From assembly GCA_944387215.1 (NCBI GenBank), contig CALXEB010000001.1, forward strand, positions 5,873 to 69,872: 64,000 nucleotides of DNA. Reading direction: 5' to 3'. The DNA is from an uncultured Flavonifractor sp. (GTDB lineage Bacteria > Bacillota > Clostridia > Oscillospirales > Oscillospiraceae). Below, in pieces: positions 40,716 to 49,715 of this stretch (the stretch's first letter is position 1; each line of letters begins with the position of its first letter). Below the pieces are notes generated by a model. That model had not been told where the DNA came from and made no database searches. It saw only the letters and a program-made list of their open reading frames with translations. A program made the translations under genes and the position numbers.

Positions 40716-42203
40716 TCAGCGCAGCATCTCCAGCACCTGGTCCACCATATGCTCCCGCTCCACGCTCTGCCGGAAACGGACGGGCTTGTCCTTCAGCCCG
40801 GCCAGCGGGGCGGGAACCGGGACGCCGGTGAGCCCGGAAAGCTGGTCCAGCACGGCGGTGCCCTCCGCCGTCCGGGTGACGCCCAGGGCGCCCAGCACAT
40901 TGTCGCAGAACTTGAAGGGGCTGGCGGTGGAGGCCACCACGGCGGGCGTCCGGTCGCCGGTCTCCCGGCGGTACTGCTCCAGAACGTCAAAGGCCACGGC
41001 GGTGTGGGTGTCGATCAGGTAGTGGTGCTCCTGCCACATCTTTCCGATGACCTTCTGGGTCTCGGCGTCGTCGCAGAAGCCGGCGGCGAAGCGCTTTTCC
41101 AGCTGCCTGCGGATCGGCTCCTCCACTTCATAGCGGCCGGTCTGGTTCAGCTGGGCCATATAGCCGCGGACCAGCGCGTCGTCATGGCCGGACAGCGCGA
41201 AGAGCAGCCGCTCCAGATTGGAGGAGATGAGGATGTCCATGGAGGGGGACATGGTGTTGTAGAAGGTGCGGTTGCGGTCGTACACGCCGGTCTTTAAAAA
41301 GTCGGTGAGCACATTGTTGGAATTGGACGCGCAGATGAGCTTTCCGAAGGGGACCCCCATCTCCCCGGCGTAGTAGGCCGCCAGGATGTTGCCGAAATTG
41401 CCCGTGGGGACGCAGACATTGATCTTGTCCCCCTTCTGGATGTGCCCGTCCCGCAGCAGGTCGCAGTAAGCGGAGACATAGTAGACGATCTGAGGCAGCA
41501 CCCGGCCCCAGTTGATGGAGTTGGCCGAGGACAGGAAGTAGCCCCTCCCCGCCAGCTGCTCCCGCAGTGCCTCATCGGAGAAGATCCTCTTTACCCCGGT
41601 CTGGGCGTCGTCAAAATTGCCCACCACGGAGCAGACCCCCACGTTGCCGCCCTCCTGGGTGCACATCTGCAGCTGCTGGATGGCGGAGACCCCGTCCTTG
41701 GGGTAAAAGACCAGGATGCGGGTCCTGTCCACGTCCCGGAACCCCTCCAGGGCGGCCTTGCCCGTATCCCCGGAGGTGGCCACCAGGATGCAGACCGTCT
41801 TGTCCTCCTGATTTTTCACCAGAGAGGCCGTGAGCAGGTGGGGCAGCATCTGAAGGGCCATGTCCTTGAAGGCGCAGGTGGGGCCGTGCCACAGCTCCAG
41901 GCAGTAGGTCTCCCCGTCCACCTGACGGACGGGAACGACCTGCTTGGCGTCAAATTTACCGCCGCCGTAGGCCTTGGAAGCAAAACTTGACAGCTCGGAA
42001 GCGGTGAACTCCTCCAAAAACGAGCCCATCACATAGACCGCCCGCTGCTGATAGGACATCTCCCGCATGGTATCCAACGCGTTGTGGGACAGCTTCGGAA
42101 GCACCTCCGGCGTCATCAGGCCGCCGTCGGCAGCCAGGCCCTGCTGGATGGCTTCCGATGCGGTGCAGCGCAAACTTTTATCTCTGGTGCTTACATAATA
42201 CAT
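40716..42203 (-). CDS. thrC: Threonine synthase
   Basis: YVSTR, HGPTCAFKD, ATSGDTG, NSINWGR and PTGNFGN. Confidence 0.95.
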   Translation of the reverse strand: MYYVSTRDKSLRCTASEAIQQGLAADGGLMTPEVLPKLSHNALDTMREMSYQQRAVYVMGSFLEEFTASELSSFASKAYGGGKFDAKQVVPVRQVDGETYCLELWHGPTCAFKDMALQMLPHLLTASLVKNQEDKTVCILVATSGDTGKAALEGFRDVDRTRILVFYPKDGVSAIQQLQMCTQEGGNVGVCSVVGNFDDAQTGVKRIFSDEALREQLAGRGYFLSSANSINWGRVLPQIVYYVSAYCDLLRDGHIQKGDKINVCVPTGNFGNILAAYYAGEMGVPFGKLICASNSNNVLTDFLKTGVYDRNRTFYNTMSPSMDILISSNLERLLFALSGHDDALVRGYMAQLNQTGRYEVEEPIRRQLEKRFAAGFCDDAETQKVIGKMWQEHHYLIDTHTAVAFDVLEQYRRETGDRTPAVVASTASPFKFCDNVLGALGVTRTAEGTAVLDQLSGLTGVPVPAPLAGLKDKPVRFRQSVEREHMVDQVLEMLR

Positions 42204-43138
42204 ACTTCGCTCACGACCCTCATCAGATTGTTGAAAAATAGATCCCGAACCACGTTCTCCGGCGTGTTGCGCCGCAAAAGCGCCTCGTAAAGCAGCGGCC
42301 AGCTCTCCACCCCGGAGAATCCTGCCGGCAGGCGTCCGCACCCGTCCAGATCGCCACCCAGGGCGATATTCCGCGCGCCGCCCAGTTCCATCCAGTGGTC
42401 CAGGTGGGCGACGACGGTATCCACGCCGGGCGCCTCGCCCAGAAAATCGGCATAGAGATTCAGCCCCGCCACACCGTTATGTTCTATTATGGCAGTAAAT
42501 TGCTCATCGGTCAAGTTCCGGGGATGAGAAAAGAGTTTGCGGGAGTTGGAGTGGCTGGCCCAGAAGGGGCCGGACAGGGTCTCCGCCACGTCCCAGAAGC
42601 CGGCGTCGGACAAATGGGACACGTCCACCAGCACCCCCAGCCGCTCCGCCTTTTCCACAAAGGCCCGTCCCTGGGGCGTAAGCCCCCGCCCTGTCTCCTC
42701 GGCATTGGTGCCGGACAGGGCGTTGGCGTGGTTCCAGGTCACATTGACCGACCGCACGCCCAGGGCATGGGCCTGCTCCAGCCGCTCCGGGGAACAATCC
42801 AGCAGCTCCGCGCCCTCCACAGACAGGAAGGCCGCAACTCTGCCTCCGGCAAAGGCCGTCTCCGCTTCAGCCGCCGTAGTACAAAGGGAGACCCTCCCGG
42901 CGTTGGCCTCCGCTTCGCGGCGGAAGAGGGTATATTCCCGGTCAAAGATCTCCCGGAAGGACAGCGGTTCGGGAAAGTCCTCCGGCTCCCCGTAAAGGGC
43001 GAAGAACTGGGCGTACCGGCGGTAGGCTCCCGCCCGCTCCAGGTCCAGGTGGCCCCCGTTCCGGGTGAAGCCCACGCCGTGCAGCAGGCAGGCCAGTATG
43101 GTGTCACAGTGGCCGTCAAAGATGTCTATTCCGTTCAA
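42191..43138 (-). CDS. Membrane dipeptidase (M19) family protein
   Basis: DGHCD, SVEGA, DVSHLS, SHSN, RNLTD and GGDLDG. Confidence 0.92.
   Translation of the reverse strand: MNGIDIFDGHCDTILACLLHGVGFTRNGGHLDLERAGAYRRYAQFFALYGEPEDFPEPLSFREIFDREYTLFRREAEANAGRVSLCTTAAEAETAFAGGRVAAFLSVEGAELLDCSPERLEQAHALGVRSVNVTWNHANALSGTNAEETGRGLTPQGRAFVEKAERLGVLVDVSHLSDAGFWDVAETLSGPFWASHSNSRKLFSHPRNLTDEQFTAIIEHNGVAGLNLYADFLGEAPGVDTVVAHLDHWMELGGARNIALGGDLDGCGRLPAGFSGVESWPLLYEALLRRNTPENVVRDLFFNNLMRVVSEVCIM
42486..42514 (-). promoter_or_regulatory. Intragenic sigma-A promoter in the dipeptidase gene, pointing at thrC
   Basis: TTGACC-17 bp-CATAAT with TG extension in an AT-rich patch. Confidence 0.55.
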
Positions 43139-43179
43139 TGAACTGCCTCCCTAGGGTTTTCGTTATTTGCGTCCCCCGT

Positions 43180-43551
43180 TCAGAACGCGTTCTCCCAGTA
43201 GCGGAATTCTGGCTTTTTGGTCTCCATGCCCTGAGGCGCGTAGATCTCCGCCACGTCGAACCGGGGCTGAAGGGCGTTCTCCGGGTGCCGGGCCAGGTAG
43301 CTGGCCGCCGTGGCCCGCAGCTTCTCCTGCTTGCGCCGGTCCACCGCCGCCCGGCCGGGGGCGAAGGAGGCGTCCTTCCGCAGCTTCACCTCTATAAAGC
43401 ACAAATACTTGTCAGTCGTTGCGACCAGATCGATCTCGCCGAACCGGCATCGGTAGCCGGCGGCCACCACGCGGTACCCCATCTTCCGCAGCCGTTCGGC
43501 AGTATATGCCTCTCCCCACCGGCCCAGCAGACGGGCCTCTCCCCCGCTCAC
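43180..43551 (-). CDS. yraN: YraN family nuclease-like protein
   Basis: GRWGE, GEIDLV, FIEVK and RFDV. Confidence 0.92.
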   Translation of the reverse strand: MSGGEARLLGRWGEAYTAERLRKMGYRVVAAGYRCRFGEIDLVATTDKYLCFIEVKLRKDASFAPGRAAVDRRKQEKLRATAASYLARHPENALQPRFDVAEIYAPQGMETKKPEFRYWENAF

Positions 43552-44165
43552 AGTTTGCGCAGGAAGCTGCGGCGGTGGATGGGACAGGGGCCATACTGCG
43601 CCAGCAGCTCATAATGGCGGCGGGTGGGGTAGCCCTTGTGCCGCTCAAATTCATACTGGGGATACCGCTCCGCCATCTCCGCCATGTACCTGTCCCGGCT
43701 CACCTTGGCCAGGATGGAGGCTGCGGCGATAGACGCCGACAGGGAATCTCCCTTTACAACCAATCTGTGAGGGGTGGTGATGGCGGCATGCTTCCCGTGA
43801 TCCCGGTTGCCGTCCACAAGGGCCAGATCGGGCTTCACCGAAAGAGCGTCAATGGCCCGCTGCATGGCCAGCATCCGGGCGCTGAGAATGTCCGTGGCGT
43901 CGATCTCCTCCGGCTCGGCCCGGGCCACCGCCCAGGTCACGGCCTGGGCCTGGATCAGCGGGAACAGGGCCTCCCGCTTTTTCTCCGTCAGCTTCTTGGA
44001 GTCGTCCAGGCCGGGCAGGTCCGCCTCCGGGGGCAGGATCACCGCCCCGGCATACACCGCGCCGGCCAGGGGGCCTGCGCCCGCCTCGTCGCAGCCGCAG
44101 ATCAGGCGAAAGCCCTCCGTCCGGAGCGCCCGCTCCATCGCCCATAAGTCCCGCCGCTCAGTCAT
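43548..44165 (-). CDS. rnhB: Ribonuclease HII
   Basis: GCDEAG, DDSKKL, AAASILAKV and HKGYPT. Confidence 0.95.
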   Translation of the reverse strand: MTERRDLWAMERALRTEGFRLICGCDEAGAGPLAGAVYAGAVILPPEADLPGLDDSKKLTEKKREALFPLIQAQAVTWAVARAEPEEIDATDILSARMLAMQRAIDALSVKPDLALVDGNRDHGKHAAITTPHRLVVKGDSLSASIAAASILAKVSRDRYMAEMAERYPQYEFERHKGYPTRRHYELLAQYGPCPIHRRSFLRKL

Positions 44166-45021
44166 GGGCGGCCTCCTCGGGCGTCTCCAGCGTAAAGTTC
44201 CCAAGCTTGCCGGAGCGATACTCGTCCAGCAGGACACGGGACATGCGCTCGGTGTCCACCTCGCCGCCGGAGACAAGAAACCCCCGCTTCCGCCCGCAGG
44301 CCTCCAGCAGCTCCCAGCCCGGCTGATCCGGGGCAGGCTCCACCTTGTACCGCTCCGCCAGGGCCTGGGGATAGCGGGCGGCCAGCAGCTCCACCAGACG
44401 GCAGGCCAGGGTCTCCCTGTCCATGATCTCATCCTTCACCGCCCCGGTAAAGGCCAGGTGGAGGGCGGTAGTCTCGTCCTCGAATTTGGGCCAGAGGATA
44501 CCCGGGGTATCCAGCAGCTCCAGTCCGGCGTCCACGCTCACCCACTGCTTGCCCCGGGTAACGCCGGGCCTGTTGCCGGCCTTGGCAGACTTCTTCCGGG
44601 CCGCCTGATTGATGAAGGTGGACTTGCCCACGTTGGGGATACCCACCACCATGACCCGCACCGGCCGGCCCACCAGGCCCTTTGCCTTCCACTGCTCGAT
44701 CTTCTCCCGCAGGGCCTGGCGGATGACGGCGGGGAACTGGCCCACGCCCTTCCCGTCCCGGGCGTTGGTCTCCAGCACCGCCCAGCCCCGGGCCCGGAAC
44801 CAGTCCCCCCATGCGCGGTTCATGACCGGATCTGCCTGATCCGCCCGGTTGAGGATGATGAGACGGGGCTTCTCCCCGGCCAGCTCATCAATGTCCGGGT
44901 TCCGGCTGGAGAGCGGGATCCGGGCGTCGATGACCTCGGCCACCAGGTCCACCAGCTTCAGATCCGCCTGGATCTGACGGCGGGTCTTGGTCATATGGCC
45001 GGGATACCACTGTATGTCCAT
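44158..45021 (-). CDS. rbgA: Ribosome biogenesis GTPase RbgA/YlqF
   Basis: IQWYPGHM, DARIP, GIPNVGKS and DTPGILWP. Confidence 0.96.
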   Translation of the reverse strand: MDIQWYPGHMTKTRRQIQADLKLVDLVAEVIDARIPLSSRNPDIDELAGEKPRLIILNRADQADPVMNRAWGDWFRARGWAVLETNARDGKGVGQFPAVIRQALREKIEQWKAKGLVGRPVRVMVVGIPNVGKSTFINQAARKKSAKAGNRPGVTRGKQWVSVDAGLELLDTPGILWPKFEDETTALHLAFTGAVKDEIMDRETLACRLVELLAARYPQALAERYKVEPAPDQPGWELLEACGRKRGFLVSGGEVDTERMSRVLLDEYRSGKLGNFTLETPEEAAHD

Positions 45022-45102
45022 GGGCTCCTCCCCTTTCCTGCGTTCTGTCCGCGTTTCCTCCATTATACACAAGATATGGTGCCTTGAAAAGGCCCTGCGG
45101 AC

Positions 45103-45138
45103 AAAAAGTGTGGCCCCGGCACTCAGCCGGGGCCACAC
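45103..45138 (-). terminator. Intrinsic terminator after the amidohydrolase
   Basis: 13-bp perfect stem GTGTGGCCCCGGC followed by TTTTT on the minus strand. Confidence 0.8.
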
Positions 45139-45154
45139 AATGCAGGAAGGGCGC

Positions 45155-47155
45155 TTACTTGAGCCAGCCGATGGAGGCCGTATTGCTCAGGGGGTACCAG
45201 GTGACGTTACGGCCCAGGCCTTCAAAGAGGGCGCGCACGCCCACATAGTCGGCGCCGTCCACCACCTTGACAGGGAGCTCCACGCTCTTGTCATCCAGGG
45301 TAATGGTGACCATATCGCCGTCTTTTGCCATGGCGGCACTGATGCCGTTGACCATATCTGCCAGGGGAGCATAAATGGTGCCGGGAGCCTCAATGACGCA
45401 GGGGCTGTTGAGGGTCAGGGGCAGGGCGTTCCACATGATGGTGGGCTCGCTGTTGTCCCGGACATAGACCTCCTCGCCGCCGGAGACGGTGAGCAGCACC
45501 TGGATGTCCTTGATGTCCTCCTCGGGGCAGGTCATGTAATCCCGGTCAAGGACCGCGAAGTCGGCCAGCTTGCCCACCTCCAGGGAGCCCTTGATATCCT
45601 CGTTGAACTCGCCGTAGGCCGGCCAGTTGGTGAAGGAGCGCAGGGCCTCCTCCCGGGTCATGCACTGCTCCGCGTGCCAGCCCTCGGGGGGCTCGCCCAG
45701 CCGGTCCTTCCGGGTGACGCCGGCATACAGGCCGTGGAAGGGGTTCACCAGCTCCACCGGGGCGTCGGAGCCGTTGATGATGATGCTGCCGCTGTCCAGG
45801 ATGGTGCGCCAGGCGTAGGCGCCCTCCAGGCGCTCGGCGCCGATGCGGTCCTCGGCCATCAACATGTCAGAGATGGCGTGGGTGGTCTGCATGGAGGGCA
45901 GGACGCCCATGTCAATGGCCCGCTGGATGTCATCCAGAGTGAGGATCTGGAAGTGCTCCACCCGCAGGCGGGGATCTTCCCGGGGGTTCTCCTCCATGAC
46001 CCTTTCATAAGCATCCAGGATCTGGTGGTTGGCGCCGTCGCCGATGGCGTGGCTGCCAGTCTGATAGCCGTTGTCATAGGCCAGCTTCACCAGCTGGTAC
46101 ATCTCCTCGTCAGTGGAGCGATAGTTGCCGATGTGGCCGGGCCGGTCGCTGTAATCCTCCAGCATGGCGGCGGAGCGGGCACCCAGGGAGCCGTCGCTGA
46201 ACAGCTTCACGGCCCGCACATCCATGTGGTTGTTATACAGCCCGCTCTGAGGCGGCGTGTTGCGCAGATAATCTGCCTGCTCGCCCTCGGTGCTCTCCAG
46301 GGACATGAGAATGTAGGAACGCAGCTTCAGCTCCCCGGACTCGTACAGAGGCTTATAGACCTCGTTGAGCATCTGTACAGAGGTACCGGCGTTCATAGCA
46401 GAGGTCAGGCCGTAGGAGAACAGCTGCTCCTGGGCCAGCAGTAGAGCCTGCTTCTCCTCCTCAATGGTGTAGGCAGGCAACAGGGCGGAGATGGGGTCCA
46501 TGGCCGTGTCGGTGACGCAACCCAGCAGCTCCCCGTCCTCCGTTTTCAGATATTCGCCGCCCTGCGGGTTGGGCGTGTCCTTGGTAATGCCGGCCAGTTC
46601 AAAAGCCATGGAGTTGACCCAGCACATATGGCCGTCGGCCCGTGTCAGGTACACCGGGTTATTGGGCGCCACCGCGTCCAGCTCCTCCTTGGTGGGGTAA
46701 GCAGTATCCTCCCATACGGTGTTCAGCCAGCCCCGGCCCCGAATCCACTCGCCGGGCTCGGCCTTGGCCACCTCGGCAGCCACAGCCTCCAGTATCACGT
46801 CCTTGGGCTTCCAGAAGGCGTCGATCTGCAGCAGGCTCTGGCCTAGGCCGTTGATATGCATGTGGCCTTCAATAAGGCCCGGGATCACCGTCTTGCCGCC
46901 CAGGTCCACCACCTTGGTGTTGGGGCCGATATAGGCCTCCACGCCGGCCTCGTCGCCCACGTAGACCAGCCGGTCGCCCTTGATGGCCATGGCGCTGGCC
47001 GTGGAGAAATCGGCGTCCACCGTGTAGATATTTCCGTTGCGGTACACACTGTCAGCGGCTTCCGGGCCGGCCGCAGAGGCCGGGAAGACGCTCAGGAGCA
47101 TGGTGAGGGTCAGGACTGCGCCCAGTACGCGGAGAAAACGCTTTCTTCGTGCCAT
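45155..47155 (-). CDS. Exported YtcJ-like amidohydrolase with C-terminal stalk-like domain
   Basis: Signal peptide (MARRKRFL...PASA), EGHMH, DGSLGARSA, HAIGD, RVEH and GSDAP. C-terminal YVGVRALFEGLG..VTW resembles copper amine oxidase N-terminal domains. Confidence 0.85.
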   Translation of the reverse strand: MARRKRFLRVLGAVLTLTMLLSVFPASAAGPEAADSVYRNGNIYTVDADFSTASAMAIKGDRLVYVGDEAGVEAYIGPNTKVVDLGGKTVIPGLIEGHMHINGLGQSLLQIDAFWKPKDVILEAVAAEVAKAEPGEWIRGRGWLNTVWEDTAYPTKEELDAVAPNNPVYLTRADGHMCWVNSMAFELAGITKDTPNPQGGEYLKTEDGELLGCVTDTAMDPISALLPAYTIEEEKQALLLAQEQLFSYGLTSAMNAGTSVQMLNEVYKPLYESGELKLRSYILMSLESTEGEQADYLRNTPPQSGLYNNHMDVRAVKLFSDGSLGARSAAMLEDYSDRPGHIGNYRSTDEEMYQLVKLAYDNGYQTGSHAIGDGANHQILDAYERVMEENPREDPRLRVEHFQILTLDDIQRAIDMGVLPSMQTTHAISDMLMAEDRIGAERLEGAYAWRTILDSGSIIINGSDAPVELVNPFHGLYAGVTRKDRLGEPPEGWHAEQCMTREEALRSFTNWPAYGEFNEDIKGSLEVGKLADFAVLDRDYMTCPEEDIKDIQVLLTVSGGEEVYVRDNSEPTIMWNALPLTLNSPCVIEAPGTIYAPLADMVNGISAAMAKDGDMVTITLDDKSVELPVKVVDGADYVGVRALFEGLGRNVTWYPLSNTASIGWLK

Positions 47156-47252
47156 ACAGTTACCTCCTTGTTCTTGCCTTTCTTCACGGGTCTCTTCTGT
47201 TCGTGTGTGCTGAAAATGCGGTCCTCCTTCCAGTTCAGAATAGCTCGGTTTC

Positions 47253-47281
47253 ATTTTATCACTATGTTCAGACATTTGCAA
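47253..47281 (-). promoter_or_regulatory. Sigma-A promoter of the amidohydrolase
   Basis: TTGCAA-17 bp-TAAAAT with TG extension. Confidence 0.65.
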
Positions 47282-47452
47282 GAGCTCCTGTAGAGCCGGT
47301 CCGGCTGGCAGCCAAACGCCATCCTGAATATAATTTTATGTGGTATATCTGTTAAACTTGACAGTTTCTTTTTCAATTGCAGACAAAATAAATCGATAAG
47401 TCACAATTAACCTAAAACGGAGCTGAAAATTTTTGTCTGTTTTAACGAACAC

Positions 47453-47497
47453 AAAAACCGGGCGGTACGGAGGACATTCCTCCGTACCGCCCGGTTT
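47453..47497 (-). terminator. Intrinsic terminator after rplS
   Basis: Long perfect stem CCGGGCGGTACGGAGGA followed by TTTTT. Confidence 0.85.
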
Positions 47498-47520
47498 CTG
47501 CGGCTGGATATCTTGGGCGC

Positions 47521-47862
47521 TCAGATGCGCTCCTTGACCTTGGCGCTCTTGCCAACGCGGTCGCGCAGATAGTACAGCTTGGCCCGGCGGACCTTGCCCT
47601 TGCGGACCAGTTCGATCTTCTCCACGGCGGGCGCATGAAGGGGGAACACCTTCTCCACGCCCACGCCGTAAGACACGCGGCGGACGGTGATAGACTCCTC
47701 GATGCCGCCGTGCTTCTTGGCGATCACGGTGCCCTCAAAGACCTGGATACGCTCGCGGTTGCCCTCCTTGATGTGGACATGGACGCGGACGGTGTCGCCC
47801 ACGTTGGCCACGGGGGGCTCGGCCTTCTGATACTTGGCGCAAAACGCCTGCATGAGATCCAT
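47521..47862 (-). CDS. rplS: 50S ribosomal protein L19
   Basis: GDTVRV, RIQVFEG and [12 protein letters not shown]. Confidence 0.98.
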   Translation of the reverse strand: MDLMQAFCAKYQKAEPPVANVGDTVRVHVHIKEGNRERIQVFEGTVIAKKHGGIEESITVRRVSYGVGVEKVFPLHAPAVEKIELVRKGKVRRAKLYYLRDRVGKSAKVKERI

Positions 47863-47882
47863 AACATTTCCTCCTGTTTATA

Positions 47883-47943
47883 GGCGTTCATGCCGGCCGT
47901 TCCTGCCGCCCGCTCTCCGGGACGGCGGCCGCAGAGGACCACC
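47883..47943 (-). ncRNA. Probable L19 ribosomal protein leader
   Basis: GGUGGUC-CUCUG-(GC stem)-CAUGAACGCC hairpin with internal loop, between the promoter and the rplS SD; resembles the Firmicutes L19 leader as I recall it. Confidence 0.6.
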
Positions 47944-47945
47944 CT

Positions 47946-48578
47946 TTATTGAGTCCATGGTAGTTTATCATATCGCCGGCTGGATTGCAAGTGCTTTTTT
48001 CTTTTTTTCTGCGCGGTCAGCAGCCAGACCCCAAGGCACCAGGGCATAAGCGGCAGATACCCCCGTTCCAGCATCACCGCCCCGCCCGCCAGCAGGCCCG
48101 CGGCCAGGGCCGCCGACAGCAGCGCCAGGGCCTGCCGCGCCCGATCCGCCCCCAACAGGGGTGAGAGCAGGCAGCTCAGCGCCCGCCCGCCGTCCAGCTC
48201 CCCCGCGGGCAGCAGATTGAAGGCGGCCAGGGCGAAATTGATCCCCGCAAAGCACCATCCCCCCTCCCCCGCCAGGCGCAGGGCCGCGAAGCCCGCCGCC
48301 AGATTGACCAGCGGGCCGGCCAGGGCGGAGAGGATCTGCGCGCCCGGGCGCAGCCGGTCCCGGGCAGACAGTCTCAGCTCCGCCCCCACGCAGGACAGGC
48401 GCAGGCAGGCCGCATGGCCCCCAAGGGCATAGATGGCCAGCAGGTGGCCCAGCTCATGGAGGGCGCAGGACAAAAGGCACAGCGGGACCAGGCCGTCCTC
48501 GTCCAAATAGAAGAGGACGGCCCACAGCAGAATCGCCCCGGCGCTTATCTCCACCCGTTTCCGCCCGAACGCGGTCAC
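47946..48578 (-). CDS. SpoIVFB-like M50 intramembrane protease (short, no CBS domain)
   Basis: HELGH, AGPLVNL and FNLLPAGELDGG; GTG start overlaps the M23 gene stop. Confidence 0.8.
   Translation of the reverse strand: MTAFGRKRVEISAGAILLWAVLFYLDEDGLVPLCLLSCALHELGHLLAIYALGGHAACLRLSCVGAELRLSARDRLRPGAQILSALAGPLVNLAAGFAALRLAGEGGWCFAGINFALAAFNLLPAGELDGGRALSCLLSPLLGADRARQALALLSAALAAGLLAGGAVMLERGYLPLMPWCLGVWLLTAQKKRKKHLQSSRRYDKLPWTQ
47962..47990 (-). promoter_or_regulatory. Sigma-A promoter of rplS (inside 3' end of upstream gene)
   Basis: TTGCAA-17 bp-TAAACT with TG extension and an upstream A-tract. Confidence 0.7.
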
Positions 48579-49582
48579 TGGGTCTCGATATAGTAGAGGG
48601 GGTCCAGGAGCACCCCGTCCAGCTTGAGCTCGAAATGAAGGTGCGGGCCGGTGACGTTGCCGGTGGCCCCGGATTCCGCCACCTTCTCCCCCGCCGCTAC
48701 CACCTGTCCCTGCTGGACACAGAGCTTGCTGCAGTGGCAGTAAAAGGAGGTCAAGCCCCCGGCGTGGCGGATTTGAAGATAGAGGCCGTAAATGTCGCTC
48801 TCCCCGATATAGTTCACCGTACCGGCGGCAAATGCTTTGATCTCCGTGCCGGTGTTGACCGCAAGGTCGACGCCGTTGTGGAAGCGCTCCTCCCCATCCA
48901 CCGGGTGCTCCCGCCACCCGAAGCCGGAGGACAGCCAGCCCAGCGCGGGAGTGACGGTCTCGCCGACCCCCAGCGCGCTTAAATTGTACTTGTCCATGGT
49001 GGCGTTGTCGGGCAGGGCGGGGCCATCGTAAGGCATCAGCTCCACCACCGGCTCCGGCGCGGGGGTGGGGGCCGGCGTAGGGGAAGGCTGTGCCGGCGTG
49101 GGCTCGGGGTCAGGTTCCGGCGGCGGCGTGCCCGCCGTCAGGGACAAGGCCGCCGTCCAGAGCGCTTCCCCGCCCTCCTGCTTTGGGATCAGGCCGGAGA
49201 GCAGGGCGGCCTGACGGGCATAAAGCGGCTCCCCTTCCCCCTCGGACGGGCCGGCCTCCACCCCCCACAGGGCGGCCATGGCCTGAGTGAACGGCTTGCC
49301 CTCGGACACCGCCTGTCCCAGAGCGGAGAAGGCCGCCCGGAAATCGGTGTCCCCGTGGATGGCGGCCAGGATCTCCACCCGCAGCTGCTCCATCCGCTGG
49401 GGGAACACGCCTCTGCCCACGAAAACCGCCAGGAAGAGCGCCAGGCACACGGCCAGCTGCAGCAGTCTCCGCTTCTCCGCCGGGCCAAGCTCCGCCCTGC
49501 CCGGCCGGCGTCCTCCCCGGCTGGCGGTCCGCCGCCCCCGCTGCCTGCGCTCCTGCTCCCGTACCCGATCAGCCGTCCCCAT
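48575..49582 (-). CDS. Membrane-anchored M23 peptidase (SpoIVFA position)
   Basis: One TM, Pro-rich linker, HNGVD (HxxxD) and GPHLHFE (HxH). Confidence 0.85.
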   Translation of the reverse strand: MGTADRVREQERRQRGRRTASRGGRRPGRAELGPAEKRRLLQLAVCLALFLAVFVGRGVFPQRMEQLRVEILAAIHGDTDFRAAFSALGQAVSEGKPFTQAMAALWGVEAGPSEGEGEPLYARQAALLSGLIPKQEGGEALWTAALSLTAGTPPPEPDPEPTPAQPSPTPAPTPAPEPVVELMPYDGPALPDNATMDKYNLSALGVGETVTPALGWLSSGFGWREHPVDGEERFHNGVDLAVNTGTEIKAFAAGTVNYIGESDIYGLYLQIRHAGGLTSFYCHCSKLCVQQGQVVAAGEKVAESGATGNVTGPHLHFELKLDGVLLDPLYYIETQ

Positions 49583-49619
49583 ATCGGTGTCCTTCCCTTC
49601 TGTAAGGCGTTTCAGAAGA

Positions 49620-49648
49620 AGGATATGCGGACGGGCCCGGAGGTATGC
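49620..49648 (-). promoter_or_regulatory. Sigma-E-like sporulation promoter for the M23/M50 pair
   Basis: gcATA-16 bp-CATATCCT matches the ATa-N16-18-cATAcanT pattern. Confidence 0.5.
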
Positions 49649-49676
49649 GGGAAAATGAGGGTGGGATGGGGATGGG

Positions 49677-49706
49677 AAAAGGGGCGGGCCTAAGACCCGC
49701 CCCTAC
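49677..49706 (-). repeat. GTAG-type REP-like palindrome doubling as rarA terminator
   Basis: Minus strand GTAGGGGCGGGTCTTAGGCCCGCCCCTTTT. Confidence 0.5.
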
Positions 49707-49715
49707 GAAATGATT

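Noticed and set aside
47130-47155. Tat signal in the amidohydrolase (MARRKRFL)
   Set aside because: Spacing does not fit (S/T)RRxFLK; more likely a basic Sec n-region.
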